A stretch of DNA of 64,000 nucleotides from Tubulanus polymorphus. Lineage: Eukaryota; Animalia; Nemertea. Position numbers and translations under genes: made by a program. Positions within the stretch are counted from its first letter, which is position 1. Every line of letters starts with the position of its first letter. Under the pieces are notes generated by a model. It saw only the letters and a list, made by a program, of their open reading frames with translations, was not told the DNA's origin and did no database searches. Shown piece by piece: positions 11,656-22,190 of this stretch. The stretch is taken from the NCBI RefSeq assembly GCF_964204645.1, contig NC_134027.1, positions 16,762,360 through 16,826,359 on the forward strand. The letters are read 5' to 3'.

Positions 11656-11895
11656 TTAAAAAATTAATAATTTATTAATTCTTTTAATAATTATCATTTC
11701 ATCTTTCAATTTTTTAAAGTTAATTAAATATACATGAAATATATTTTCCATCTTTGCATTAAAATTATTAGTTTCAGTAACATAAATTTCTAAATTAGTT
11801 AATGATTTATTATTATATTTAATTGATTTATTATATTGGAAAGCTTTTGGAAAACTATCTACCATTTATATAATTAAAAAATTAATAATTTATTA
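11656..11895 (-). pseudogene. Partial tandem duplicate (with internal deletion) of the 5' end and promoter of the 11647 gene
   Basis: MVDSFPKAFQYNKSIKYN and the upstream TTTTTTAATTATATAAATG are repeated 218 bp apart. Confidence 0.8.
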
Positions 11896-12316
11896 ATACT
11901 TTTAATAATCTATCTTGTTCTTCAACTGTTATATGACCATTTAAACTTATTATATAATCTAGTGTATTCTTTAATTTATTAATTTCTTTTATATTAGTTT
12001 TAATTTTGTCTTTATTACTTTTTATATTTAATTTTGAACTTATACCAGTTAAAACACTTGAACTTAATCCTAATACACCAATTGATATAGCTAAAGGTGT
12101 TGATGGACTGAATATTGCTAAAAATGTTATTACAGAACTAATTGTAACCGAACCACTAATAATAAGATAATATATAATTTTAGATTTTAAATATTTTTTC
12201 TTTTATATCTTTAAGTCACTTTCAAATTCTAATATTTGTTTTTCTAAATATATTTTTAATTTAGTTTTATTTATATCATGAGGAATAATATCAATATTAT
12301 CAACTTTATCTTCCAT
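11880..12316 (-). pseudogene. Two-TM membrane protein with in-frame stop (absent from the ORF track)
   Basis: MEDKVDNID...DLKI*KKKYLKSKIIYYLIISGSVTISSVITFLAIFSPSTPLAISIVVLGLSSSVLTGISSKL...; T9 tract plus TAAATG start. Confidence 0.6.
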
Positions 12317-12335
12317 TTATTTAGAAAAAAAAATA

Positions 12336-12758
12336 CTAATTAGTTAACTTATAAGCAACAAATATAACAATAACTGTTCCACCTAAAATCCAAATTATTT
12401 CATATTTCTGTTGTTCTTTACTTGGGGTATAATAATCTGATAATTTAGGTTTGTATAGATGTAATTTTTTTTTATTGCTTACCGCGTTATATAAACTCAT
12501 TGCATCATCAACTGATTGAAAATCTCTATGTGAAATCTTCTGATCATATAATTCTTTGTTAATATAATCCATATAGTTTTGCCTCTTTTCTCTATATTCT
12601 TCTGCTGCTTTATTGTATTTCTCTAATGCTAAGTTATGTCTTCTTTGTTCTCCTAATGAACTATTTTTATCAATGTGCTTGAATAAATAACCACCACCAG
12701 TAAATGCTAAAGCGTTAACAATTGCCGATCCTATAATAGTTATAATTGCAGAAGCCAT
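12336..12758 (-). CDS. Viral membrane/virion protein (N-terminal hydrophobic helix, coiled coil, C-terminal TM)
   Basis: MASAIITIIGSAIVNALAFTGGGYLF...EQRRHNLALEKY...IIWILGGTVIVIFVAY. Confidence 0.65.
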   Translation of the reverse strand: MASAIITIIGSAIVNALAFTGGGYLFKHIDKNSSLGEQRRHNLALEKYNKAAEEYREKRQNYMDYINKELYDQKISHRDFQSVDDAMSLYNAVSNKKKLHLYKPKLSDYYTPSKEQQKYEIIWILGGTVIVIFVAYKLTN

Positions 12759-12775
12759 TTATTTAGCAAAAAAAT

Positions 12776-13004
12776 TATGCATTTATATGGGAGGAATATA
12801 TTTTTGTTTTTCCAAATAATCAATAGTTAAATTAGATAAAGTAACTGCTAATGTTAATTTCAAAATATCATTTATATCAAATCTATCAACATTAACACTT
12901 CCCATTTTGAATACTTTTTTTAATACCATTGAATAACCAACAGTTCCAACTGATAGTGATGCTCCATTATATAATCCAGTTATTATCTACTTATTATCAC
13001 TCAT
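12776..13004 (-). pseudogene. Small hydrophobic protein with premature stop (absent from the ORF track)
   Basis: MSDNK*IITGLYNGASLSVGTVGYSMVLKKVFK...FDINDILKLTLAVTLSNLTIDYLEKQKYIPP; T7 tract plus TAAATG start. Confidence 0.55.
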
Positions 13005-13346
13005 TTATTTATCAAAAAAATTACTATCATCAAAATATTTTGTTAACTTATTTATGATTATTTCAACATTTATTTCATTACTACTTTTATGATTATCATA
13101 TATTTTGGTGAATATGTTTTTAATATCATCAATAATTCCATCTTCATTTAATTCATAATATTCTAAAGGTGATTTAATTAAATCAATTACTTTTTCTATA
13201 TTATAATTTTCTTTATTAATCATTGATGCATTGTTAAATGATTTACTTTTTATATCAGTAATTACATCATTTAGTTTAATTCTCATTTCTATACCATGTT
13301 TAAAATCAAACCCAAAACATATACTCGGGCCAACAGTTATATTCAT
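13005..13346 (-). CDS. Hypothetical protein
   Basis: Intact 113-aa ORF in the compact minus-strand block; T7 tract plus TAAATG start. Confidence 0.55.
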   Translation of the reverse strand: MNITVGPSICFGFDFKHGIEMRIKLNDVITDIKSKSFNNASMINKENYNIEKVIDLIKSPLEYYELNEDGIIDDIKNIFTKIYDNHKSSNEINVEIIINKLTKYFDDSNFFDK

Positions 13347-13363
13347 TTATATAGTGAAAAAAA

Positions 13364-14122
13364 TTACTCTCTACATCTTATAACTAATTCATAAATTACA
13401 GGGAAATTATTCAAATCAATTAAGTATCCAATGTGATTTCTAATTTCTAATCTAAAATTATTAAAACGAGGAATGCATGGTTTGAAATCACATTCTGTTA
13501 AATTATAATTTATTTGCGTTCCAAATTCTTTAACATTCTTCAATGGTAAAATGTTTAGTAAACCAGAATTACAAGTTATATCTTTAGTTGCTTTGAATGT
13601 TTTTGTAGGATCGATTAAATTGCAATAAATATAAAAGTGTGTAAAAGGTATTAAGTTTGGTGTAGCATCAGCATTGCGTATCCTTACATCTGGGGTTATT
13701 CCTAAAATTTTAGCTAAAGGTTTTTTAACTAGAAATTGATGTTGATCTTCATTACCTAATTTTATTCTTATTTTATCGGAGCTATCACTTTTAATCAGTC
13801 TTAATCCAAATCCAGCAGATGCACCCATTTTCAACCGAGCTCTTCTATTAATTTCCTGCACTAATGTATCTAAATTATATAATCCTGGTTTAAGATAAAG
13901 ATGAAACCATTTACTTTTATTTCTATCATGAATTAAAAAGACTCTATGTTCAATAGTTTTATCCGATACATTGTAAAAAGAATAACATAAACTTATATTA
14001 ACTAATTTTAAATCAACACAATTCTTAAATTCTCTATCTAATTGTACTAGTAAATTATGAGATTTATAATTTTTAAGCCTTCTAGAATCAACAAATATTC
14101 TGTATTCTTTTAATTCCGCCGT
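13364..14122 (-). pseudogene. Minor capsid protein (penton, single jelly-roll), putative; start mutated to ACG and frameshift at ~13890
   Basis: N-part YRIFVDSR...LKLVNISLCYSFYNV, KPGLYNLDTLVQEIN; C-part FYIYCNLI...LLNILPL...FRLEIRNHIGYLIDLNNFPVIYELVI resembles Polinton minor capsids. Confidence 0.65.
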
Positions 14123-14139
14123 TTATTTTACATATTTTC

Positions 14140-14490
14140 TTATTCGAAATCTATTTCATGATGCCCTTTTTCATTCTAACCTTTGTATACGAAATAGAAA
14201 TCACCAGAACATAATTCTTCTAGATCTTCACTTGATAATCTATGAAATCTATCTGGTAAATATGTTCTGAATTTATATGTATTTCCTTTTAATCCTTCAT
14301 ATTCTAAGTGTATAACTAATTTATCTCCATATTTGTTAGTATCTGTAACAATATCTGTAATTAGATATTTCTTATGGATTGTTAATTCTTTTAACTTAAA
14401 TTTATAATCTACTGATTTGACATTTGAAGTAACTTTTATTCTATCTAGAAATGATTTGTTGTTCTCACTGTGCGCTTGTTTACTCTCCAT
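14140..14490 (-). pseudogene. Putative OB-fold ssDNA-binding protein next to pPolB; premature TAG at 14176-14178
   Basis: KLKEL...YLI...TNKYGDKLVIHL...TYLPDRF...FVYKG pattern; frame continues NEKGHHEIDFE*. Confidence 0.45.
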
Positions 14491-14519
14491 TTATAATACA
14501 TATGTTTATTAAAATTTGA

Positions 14520-17500
14520 TTAACACGTTAGAATTCTTTTCATTATCTCGTTCTCTTTTGTTTCTTCTCTTTTAAATTTTAAGTATTCATCTAAATTACA
14601 ACCATAAGCAACTGTATGAATTCCATCATCTAAAATATATCTTTTATCATCAAATGGGTTTAGACTTATCTTTTCAATTTCTTCAATAAACATTTCATGA
14701 TCTTCAGATCTTAAACATTTCATCTTATGTTTTCTAACTTCTTCATTGAATATACAATTGATGTTATCTTTGAAATGAATATTCTTTTCTACTACACTTT
14801 TTGTTATTCCTTTTAACTTTTTAGCTTCATGTTCTTTAGTTTTATATGAATACATTTTAGATATAATACCAATGAATTCAATCATTTCTTCACCACCTAA
14901 TTCATCTTTGAATTTACCAGGAACTTTTTTATTATCATTGCTAAACAATTCATGATTTTTAGGATAGTTACTGAAATCAAAATGATGTTTTAATGTTTTT
15001 AAATCATCAGTTATGTTATTAGTTTTTATCTTTAATATGTAAGAATCTGTATCAAAATATAGTATTTCTATATGTTTTTCTCCAAAAAGTGGTTGTAATA
15101 CATTATAATAGAATTCATACATTAGTAATTTTGATAATTCTAAAACTGAAGCACCAACATAGATTGGTTTATGAAATTTCATAGAAGTTCTCATTTTAAC
15201 TGCGGCTAAATTTTCATCAAATATTCTGTTACCTAAAAACTTAGGATATGTTTGTAAATGCCTTATCCTTTTACCATTACTAACTAACTCAATATCACTT
15301 CTATTTCTAATATTTTCACAAGTTTTTCCATAGAATGCATTATTCATTAACTTGAAGAAATCTTTCTCGAAATCAGTTTTAGCTTCAGTTCTCTGTTTGG
15401 TGTTAAAATCTATATATTATTCTAACCACTTAGATTGACTAAATGAAATATATCTATGTACTTTTTTAGAATCATTCCCTGATTCAAATAAAACTTCAAC
15501 ATTCTATAATGTACTACATAATTAGATTTATCTTCCTGAGTTACCATTAACTTTTCTGTATGAATATGATTTTCGGGTTTAATTCTTTTTTGGTAATTTG
15601 ATAATTCTTCATGAGTTACAGTTTTATGTTCGGGACAGTAAGCTAGATTTCTAGATTTAAATTTAATATGTTCAGGATATTCATAATCTACAACAAAGAA
15701 GTAACCGGTATCTGAATCATCTGCAATATCTAGAATTCTTTTCTTCCAATCAAATTTATCATTATTTTAACGTTCTAAAACTTCACTTATTTCAAATACT
15801 CCATAAGGTTGTGGTTCCATCATTGCCCAACCATACAAATTATTTGCAGTTATATATAATAACTTATATCCAGGGTTATTATTTACATTGAAATATCTAT
15901 CCCCTAATACACCTGAAACACCTCCTCTTATAGATTTTTCAAATAATAGTAATTGATCTATATTTGTTAACAAATCCATTTTTATATCTGTAAATTTTAA
16001 TCCACAATCCCATGTTAAACCTGGGCTAGAATAACAATGACAAGGATCAATATTAAAATATTTTAGGTTTACATCTCTAAACCTTTCGAATATATCGGTT
16101 AATAATAATCAATCTGATTTTAGATATAAATCTACTAATTGTCCATGATTTGTTATTTTAAAATGATTCCAAATATTCAATGTTCTATTATAGACTTCAT
16201 CTTTAACATATTCATTTTTTAATTCATCATAGAATTGTTCTTTTAATAATTCAGTTATATTGAAATCATTATGATTTTTATAGAAAGAATATGGAATTGC
16301 GCCTTTATATCTCATTAATTGGAAATCATCATTATTTGGGTAATGTTGCTTTAATATTTTTAATTCATCATCAACTAATGATTTTGATAAGTTATCTAAT
16401 GAACTATTCAAAAATCTATATGAATCTATAAATCTTAGGCAACCAAATTGGAATGATATATAATTCTCAGATGTTTTAGCTAACATTCAAAATTTATAAG
16501 TTGGTATTTTATCTTTTGATCTATTTGAATTTAATCTTTCTATTTCATTATTAATTTCTTCTATTTTATGACATAACTGTTTGATGAATAAATGTGCATC
16601 ATATCCTGATAGATTATGAAATATAACTGGTACAAAGTTAATTTTCTTAGCTTGTAAGTTACAATTCTCATGTGCAGCGCCTCTAAACTTTCCATTCAAA
16701 TGATCATGGTCTCTTACTTTTTTATCTCTAAAATTGAATATCTTTTCACAATAAAAATATTTATCTGCAAACTCAAATGCTTCTTTATCTTCTTCTGTCA
16801 TTATAATTTCTATATTTGTATTCAATAATTTACTGCATCTTATTTCATATTCAATTAATAAGTCACAAAAATGATTGATAACATTTTCATTTCTATTTTG
16901 ATAATATTCACTTTTAATTAGTTCTGGATAATCAGATTTAATATATAACCCGAAAGCAGCAGCTGATTGATGAATCTTTTTAATTGTATTTGTTATTGGT
17001 GGTTCATCTGAAAAATCATTTTCATTAGAATTTAATTTCTTTCTTTTATAATATATTTCTTTTCTATCTTGATCGGTTAATTCTTTATTTAATGATTCAA
17101 AATCTCCATATATAACAAATGGAACTTTATTTTTGTAATCATATTTTTTGAATTCTAATATTTTATCCTTTTCATTTGGTAAAACTAATTTACAATAATC
17201 ATGATTTTCACATAATTGTTTATGATTTAATAATGTACTTTCATTACTGAATTTATGTAAACATTTTCTACATAGATATATTTTATTATGGTGATCACTC
17301 TGTTCTAAAGAATAAATCTATTTGTTTAATCCACATATAATGATTCTCATAATATAATATATCTATAACATCGTTTGAATCATAATCTTTTGATAGATAT
17401 AAAGGTTCTAATGTATAATGTTTTATATTGTTACCTTTTGTATTTGGCAATTTGATTAAATCAAATACATTTATCTTTATATTATTATATCTTTCTATTT

Positions 17501-18100
17501 TTGGGATGTTTTTAATTATAACAGGATACTTATCTATCTTATAATTATTTTCAAATGGTTTATAATGAGTTAATCTACAAATATTATCAGTTGCAGGATG
17601 TAAGCAACTAATTATAGCCCATAGAAAACATTTATCATCTTTATTTTGTACATTTATTACAGCATTAGTTTTAAATGGTAATTTGATATAACTCGATGCT
17701 TCAATATCTGGTTCTTTATAATATGATACATTATTTTCATCAATTGCTTTTGATTTAGTTAACTTATTATATTTTGTGTTATACACATGTAAAGTCATAA
17801 ATATGTTTCGTCAAATATTAAACCAGATCCTTCAAAATATTTCTCTTCTATTTTAGTTTTTACTTCATTATAACATTTATCTAATTTATCATCTATATGT
17901 TGTTTATATATAATATGTTGTGAATGAGAATTTATATTATATATTGGTTTATCTTCAGATTTTACAAACTTTACTCTAACTGATATACTAATTTTAGGGT
18001 ATTCAACATCAGTTATTATTTTTACTATTTCTTTCATATTTTCTAAATGTTTTTTATTTTCTTCTAATGTTATTCCTTTATGAAATTTAAACTCGATAGC
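14520..18100 (-). pseudogene. Protein-primed family B DNA polymerase (pPolB), fragmented and N-terminally truncated
   Basis: NVQNKDDKCFLWAI (vOTU-like), FVIYGDFES (ExoI), KVRDHDHLNGKFRGAAHENCN (endonuclease VII-like insert), VIFHNLSGYDAH (ExoII), YITANNLYGWAM (motif A with Asp lost), MNNAFYGK (B), YFDTDS (C); frame runs open up to the hairpin at 18101. Confidence 0.93.
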
Positions 18101-18443
18101 AGTAATAGGGGTAATGGGCTTTCAAGCCAAAGGTCGAACGGTCGAGCTCATAAAAAATGAAAAATACGAAAATAATAACAATTTCTACTTGAATTAGTCG
18201 CGAAACTCATAAAAAATGAAAAATAATTCTCACACACTCGAATTTATTTTTCATTTTTACTCGCTAGAAAAAAGTGTGAGTAAAGTGTGAGTGAAATAAA
18301 TTCGAGCGTGTGAGAATTATTTTTCATTTTTTATGAGTTTCACTCCTAATTCAAGTAGAAATTGTTATTATTTTCATATTTTTCATTTTTCAATGAACTC
18401 GACCATTCAACCTTTAACCTGAAAGCCCATTACCCCTATTACT
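18101..18443. repeat. 343-bp imperfect palindrome (terminal hairpin 2), homologous to hairpin 1
   Basis: AGTAATAGGGGTAATGGGCTTTCA...TGAAAGCCCATTACCCCTATTACT; followed by the same ~80-bp CTTAAAATATTCATAT...TTCAATATAAAAGT tract as at 979-1057. Confidence 0.95.
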
Positions 18444-18563
18444 CTTAAAATATTCATATACATGAATAAAATATATATGAATAACATATAAATTGATAGA
18501 TTATTCAATATAAAAGTTTGAGTGAAATAACTCATATTTAAAACATTGAATATTTATATTTGA

Positions 18564-19214
18564 ATGAGTTTTAATAAAAATTTTGTTATAAAAATGAAGA
18601 AAGAAGAAGAAGAACCCAACTTTAAAATCGAAATCAATGAAACCAATAAATCATTTTCACAGTTTAACATTAAAAATTATATTTCAGCAACAAATTTAGT
18701 GTCCGCAAGACATTATAAAATTGAAAATATTACTGTAATTAATCAAATATTATCAAATGAAACATATTTAATTACTAAACTAATTGATACTTTTGATAAT
18801 GGTGTTAAAAATCCTAAATTGTTCAATACAGTTTTAAATTTTAAAGGAACTGTAGATGAAAACATAATTAATATTCTTAAAACTCCTTTCAATGAAAGAA
18901 ATGATGATATAATACTTTCAAAAGATTACAATGATTTGATTAACTTAAGAATTGAAAAAAGACAATTATATTATTTCAATTTTGATAATAAACAAATTAT
19001 CTATAATGAAAATTCATCAAATATTGGAATTCAATGTGAATTAGATAATGAAAAATCATTTAAAGATATTGCAGTTCAATGTAATTTAGATGATGAATTT
19101 AGAAAATTCAATCCTAATGAAAAAGTGCATTGTTATTGCGGAGGTAAATACTTAAAAGCACATAAATCAAAGCATTATGAAACAATTAAACATAAAAAAT
19201 GGCGTAAAGAGTAA
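18564..19214 (+). CDS. Hypothetical protein with C-terminal zinc finger (large-DNA-virus type)
   Basis: VHCYCGGKYLKAHKSKHYETIKH; occupies the same position relative to hairpin 2 as the HNH gene does to hairpin 1. Confidence 0.6.
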   Translation: MSFNKNFVIKMKKEEEEPNFKIEINETNKSFSQFNIKNYISATNLVSARHYKIENITVINQILSNETYLITKLIDTFDNGVKNPKLFNTVLNFKGTVDENIINILKTPFNERNDDIILSKDYNDLINLRIEKRQLYYFNFDNKQIIYNENSSNIGIQCELDNEKSFKDIAVQCNLDDEFRKFNPNEKVHCYCGGKYLKAHKSKHYETIKHKKWRKE

Positions 19215-19266
19215 CAATTCTACATTATAATTATTGAATTGAGTTAAATGATTTAAATATCTAATA

Positions 19267-20221
19267 GACTGTTAAAATGATAAATTGTTTGACAGTTAAA
19301 ATGATAAATTGTTTGACAGTTGAAATGATAAATTGTTTGACAGTTAAAATGATAAATTGTTTGACAGTGCAAATGATAAATTGTTCGACTGTTGAAATGA
19401 TAAGACAGTTGAAATGATAAATTGTTTGACAGTTGAAATGATAAATTGTTTGACAGTTGAAATGATAAATTGTTTGACAGTTGAAATGTTAAACTGTTTG
19501 ACAGTTGAAATGTTAAATTGTTTGACAGTTGAAATGATAAACTGTTTGGCAGTTGAAATGTTAAATTGTTTGAAAGTTGAAATGATAAACTGTTTGGCAG
19601 TTGAAATGATAAATTGTTTGACAGTTGAAATGATAAATTGTTCGACTGTTGAAATGATAAGACAGTTGAAATGATAAATTGTTTGACAGTTGAAATGTTA
19701 AATTGTTTAAGAGTTGAAATGATAAATTGTTTGACAGTTGAAATGATAAATTGTTTAACAGTTGAAATGTTAAATTGTTTGACAGTTGAAATGATAAATT
19801 GTTTGACAGTTGAAATGATAAATTGTTTGACAGTTGAAATGATAAATTGTGTGGCAGTTGAAATGATAAGACAGCTGAAACGATAAATTGTTTGACAGTT
19901 GAAATGATAAATTGTTTGACAGTTGAAATGATAAATTGTTTGACAGCTGAAATGATAAATTGTTTGACAGTTGAAATGATAAATTGTTTGACAGTAGAAA
20001 TGATAAATTGTTTGACAGTTGAAATGATAAATTGTTTGACAGTTGAAATGATAAATTGTTTGACAGTTGAAATGATAAGACAGCTGAAATGATAAATTGT
20101 TTGACAGTTGAAATGATAAATTGTTTGACAGTTGAAATGATAAATTGTTTGACAGTTGAAATGATAAATTGTTTGACAGTTGAAATGTTAAATTGTTTGA
20201 CAGTTGAAATGTTAAATTGTT
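19267..20221. repeat. 24-bp minisatellite, ~40 copies
   Basis: Unit TGACAGTTGAAATGATAAATTGTT with occasional shortened units (…ATGATAAGACAG…). Confidence 0.97.
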
Positions 20222-22190
20222 CTTTTAAGCATCGATATTTTCGTTTTTCCGATAGGGGGAATATTTGATACGAAAAGGTCTTTTCTCGCGCTGAACGACG
20301 TTTTGCGGTCGAAAAGTGTTTTTCCTGACGATTTGAGCGCTTTTACGCACTTACATTGTGGTTTTTTCCGATAGGGGGAATATTTGATACGAAAACGTCT
20401 TTGCTCGCGCTGAACGACGTTTTCGGGTCGAAAAGTGCTTTTCCTGACGATTTGAGCGCTTTTACGCATCGACATTGTCGTTTTTCCGATAGGGGTTATA
20501 TTTCATACGAAAACGTCTTTTCTCGCGCTGAACGACGTTTTCGCGTCGAAAAGTGCTTTTCCTGACGATTCGAGCGCTTTTACGCATCGACATTGTCGTG
20601 TTTCCGATAGGGGGAATATTTCATACGAAAACGTCTTTTCTCGCGCTGAACTACGTTTTCGCGTCGAAAAGTGCTTTTCCTGACGATTTGAGAGTTTTTA
20701 CGCATCGAAATTGTCGTTTTTCCGATAGGGGGAATATTTCATACGAAAACGTCTTTTCTCGCGCTGAACGACGTTTTCGGGTCAAAAAGTGCTTTTCCTG
20801 ACGATTTGAGCGCTTTTACGCATCGACATTGTCGTTTTTCCGATAGGGGGAATATTTCATACGAAAACGTCTTTTCTCGCGCTGAACGACGTTTTCGGGT
20901 CGAAAAGTGTTTTTCCTGACGATTTGAGTGCTTTTACGCATCGACATTGTCGTTTTTCCGATAGGGGGAATATTTGATACGAAAACGTCTTTTCTCGCGC
21001 TGAACGACGTTTTCGCGTCGAAAAGTGCTTTTCTTGACGATTTGAGTGCTTTTAAGCATCGAAATTGTCGTTTTTCCGATAGGGGGAATATTTCATACGA
21101 AAACGTCTTTTCTCGCGCTGAACGACGTTTTCGCGTCGAAAAGAGCTTTTCCTGACGATTTGAGCGCTTTTACGCATCGACATTGTCGTTTTTCCGATAG
21201 GAGTTATATTTCATACGAAAACGTCTTTTCTCGCGCTGAACGACGTTTTCGCGTCGAAAAGTGTTTTTCCTGACGATTTGAACGCTTTTACGCATCGCCA
21301 TTGTCGTTTTTCCGATAGGGGGAATATTTCATACGAAAACGTCTTTTCTCGCGCTGAACGACGTTTTCGGGTCGAAAAGTGCTTTTCCTGACGATTTGAG
21401 TGCTTTTACGCATCGACATTGTCGTGTTTCCGATAGGGGGAATATTTCATACGAAAACGTCTTTTCTCGCGCTGAACGACGTTTTCGCGTCGAAAAGTGC
21501 TTTTCCTGACGATTTGAGCGCTTTTACCCATCGACATTGTCGTTTTTCCGATAGGGGGAATATTTCATACGAAAACGTCTTTTCTCGCGCTGAACGACGT
21601 TTTCGGGTCGAAAAGTGTTTTTCCTGACGATTTGAACGCTTTTACGCATCGCCATTGTCGTTTTTCCGATAGGGGGAATATTTCATACGAAAACGTCTTT
21701 TCTCGCGCTGAACGACGTTTTCGCGTCGAAAAGTGTTTTTCCTGACGATTTGAACGCTTTTACGCATCGCCATTGTCGTTTTTCCGATAGGGGGAATATT
21801 TCATACGAAAACGTCTTTTCTCGCGCTAAACGACGTTTTCGGGTCGAAAAGTGCTTTTCCTGACGATTTGAGTGCTTTTACGCATCGACATTGTCGTGTT
21901 TCCGATAGGGGGAATATTTCATACGAAAACGTCTTTTCTCGCGCTGAACGACGTTTTCGCGTCGAAAAGTGCTTTTCCTGACGATTTGAGCGCTTTTACC
22001 CATCGACATTGTCGTTTTTCCGATAGGGGGAATATTTCATACGAAAACGTCTTTTCTCGCGCTGAACGACGTTTTCGGGTCGAAAAGTGTTTTTCCTGAC
22101 GATTTGAGCGCTTTTACGCATCGACATTGTCGTTTTTTCCGATAGGGGGAATATTTCATACGAAAACGTCTTTTCTCGCGCTGAACGACG
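20222..22190 (-). repeat. 118-bp satellite array
   Basis: ~17 monomers CGATAGGGGGAATATTTSATACGAAAACGTCTTTTCTCGCGCTGAACGACGTTTTCG... Confidence 0.97.

Larger units (their letters stand above)
786..18100. mobile_element. Polinton/Maverick-like endogenous virus (adintovirus-like, group-2-type pPolB), defective
   Basis: Integrase, packaging ATPase, capsid genes and pPolB in two convergent blocks; starts with 5'-AGT; very AT-rich; many stops and frameshifts; right end missing and no TSD. Confidence 0.9.

Noticed and set aside
786-18443. Complete Polinton with TIRs and 6-bp TSD
   Set aside because: Flanks CACTTT and CTTAAA do not match, pPolB is cut at 18100, and the sequence after 18443 repeats that after 978.
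19267-20221. Possible CRISPR array or MINCLTVE repeat protein
   Set aside because: Head-to-tail 24-bp units with no unique spacers and no cas genes; the ORFs are repeat artefacts.
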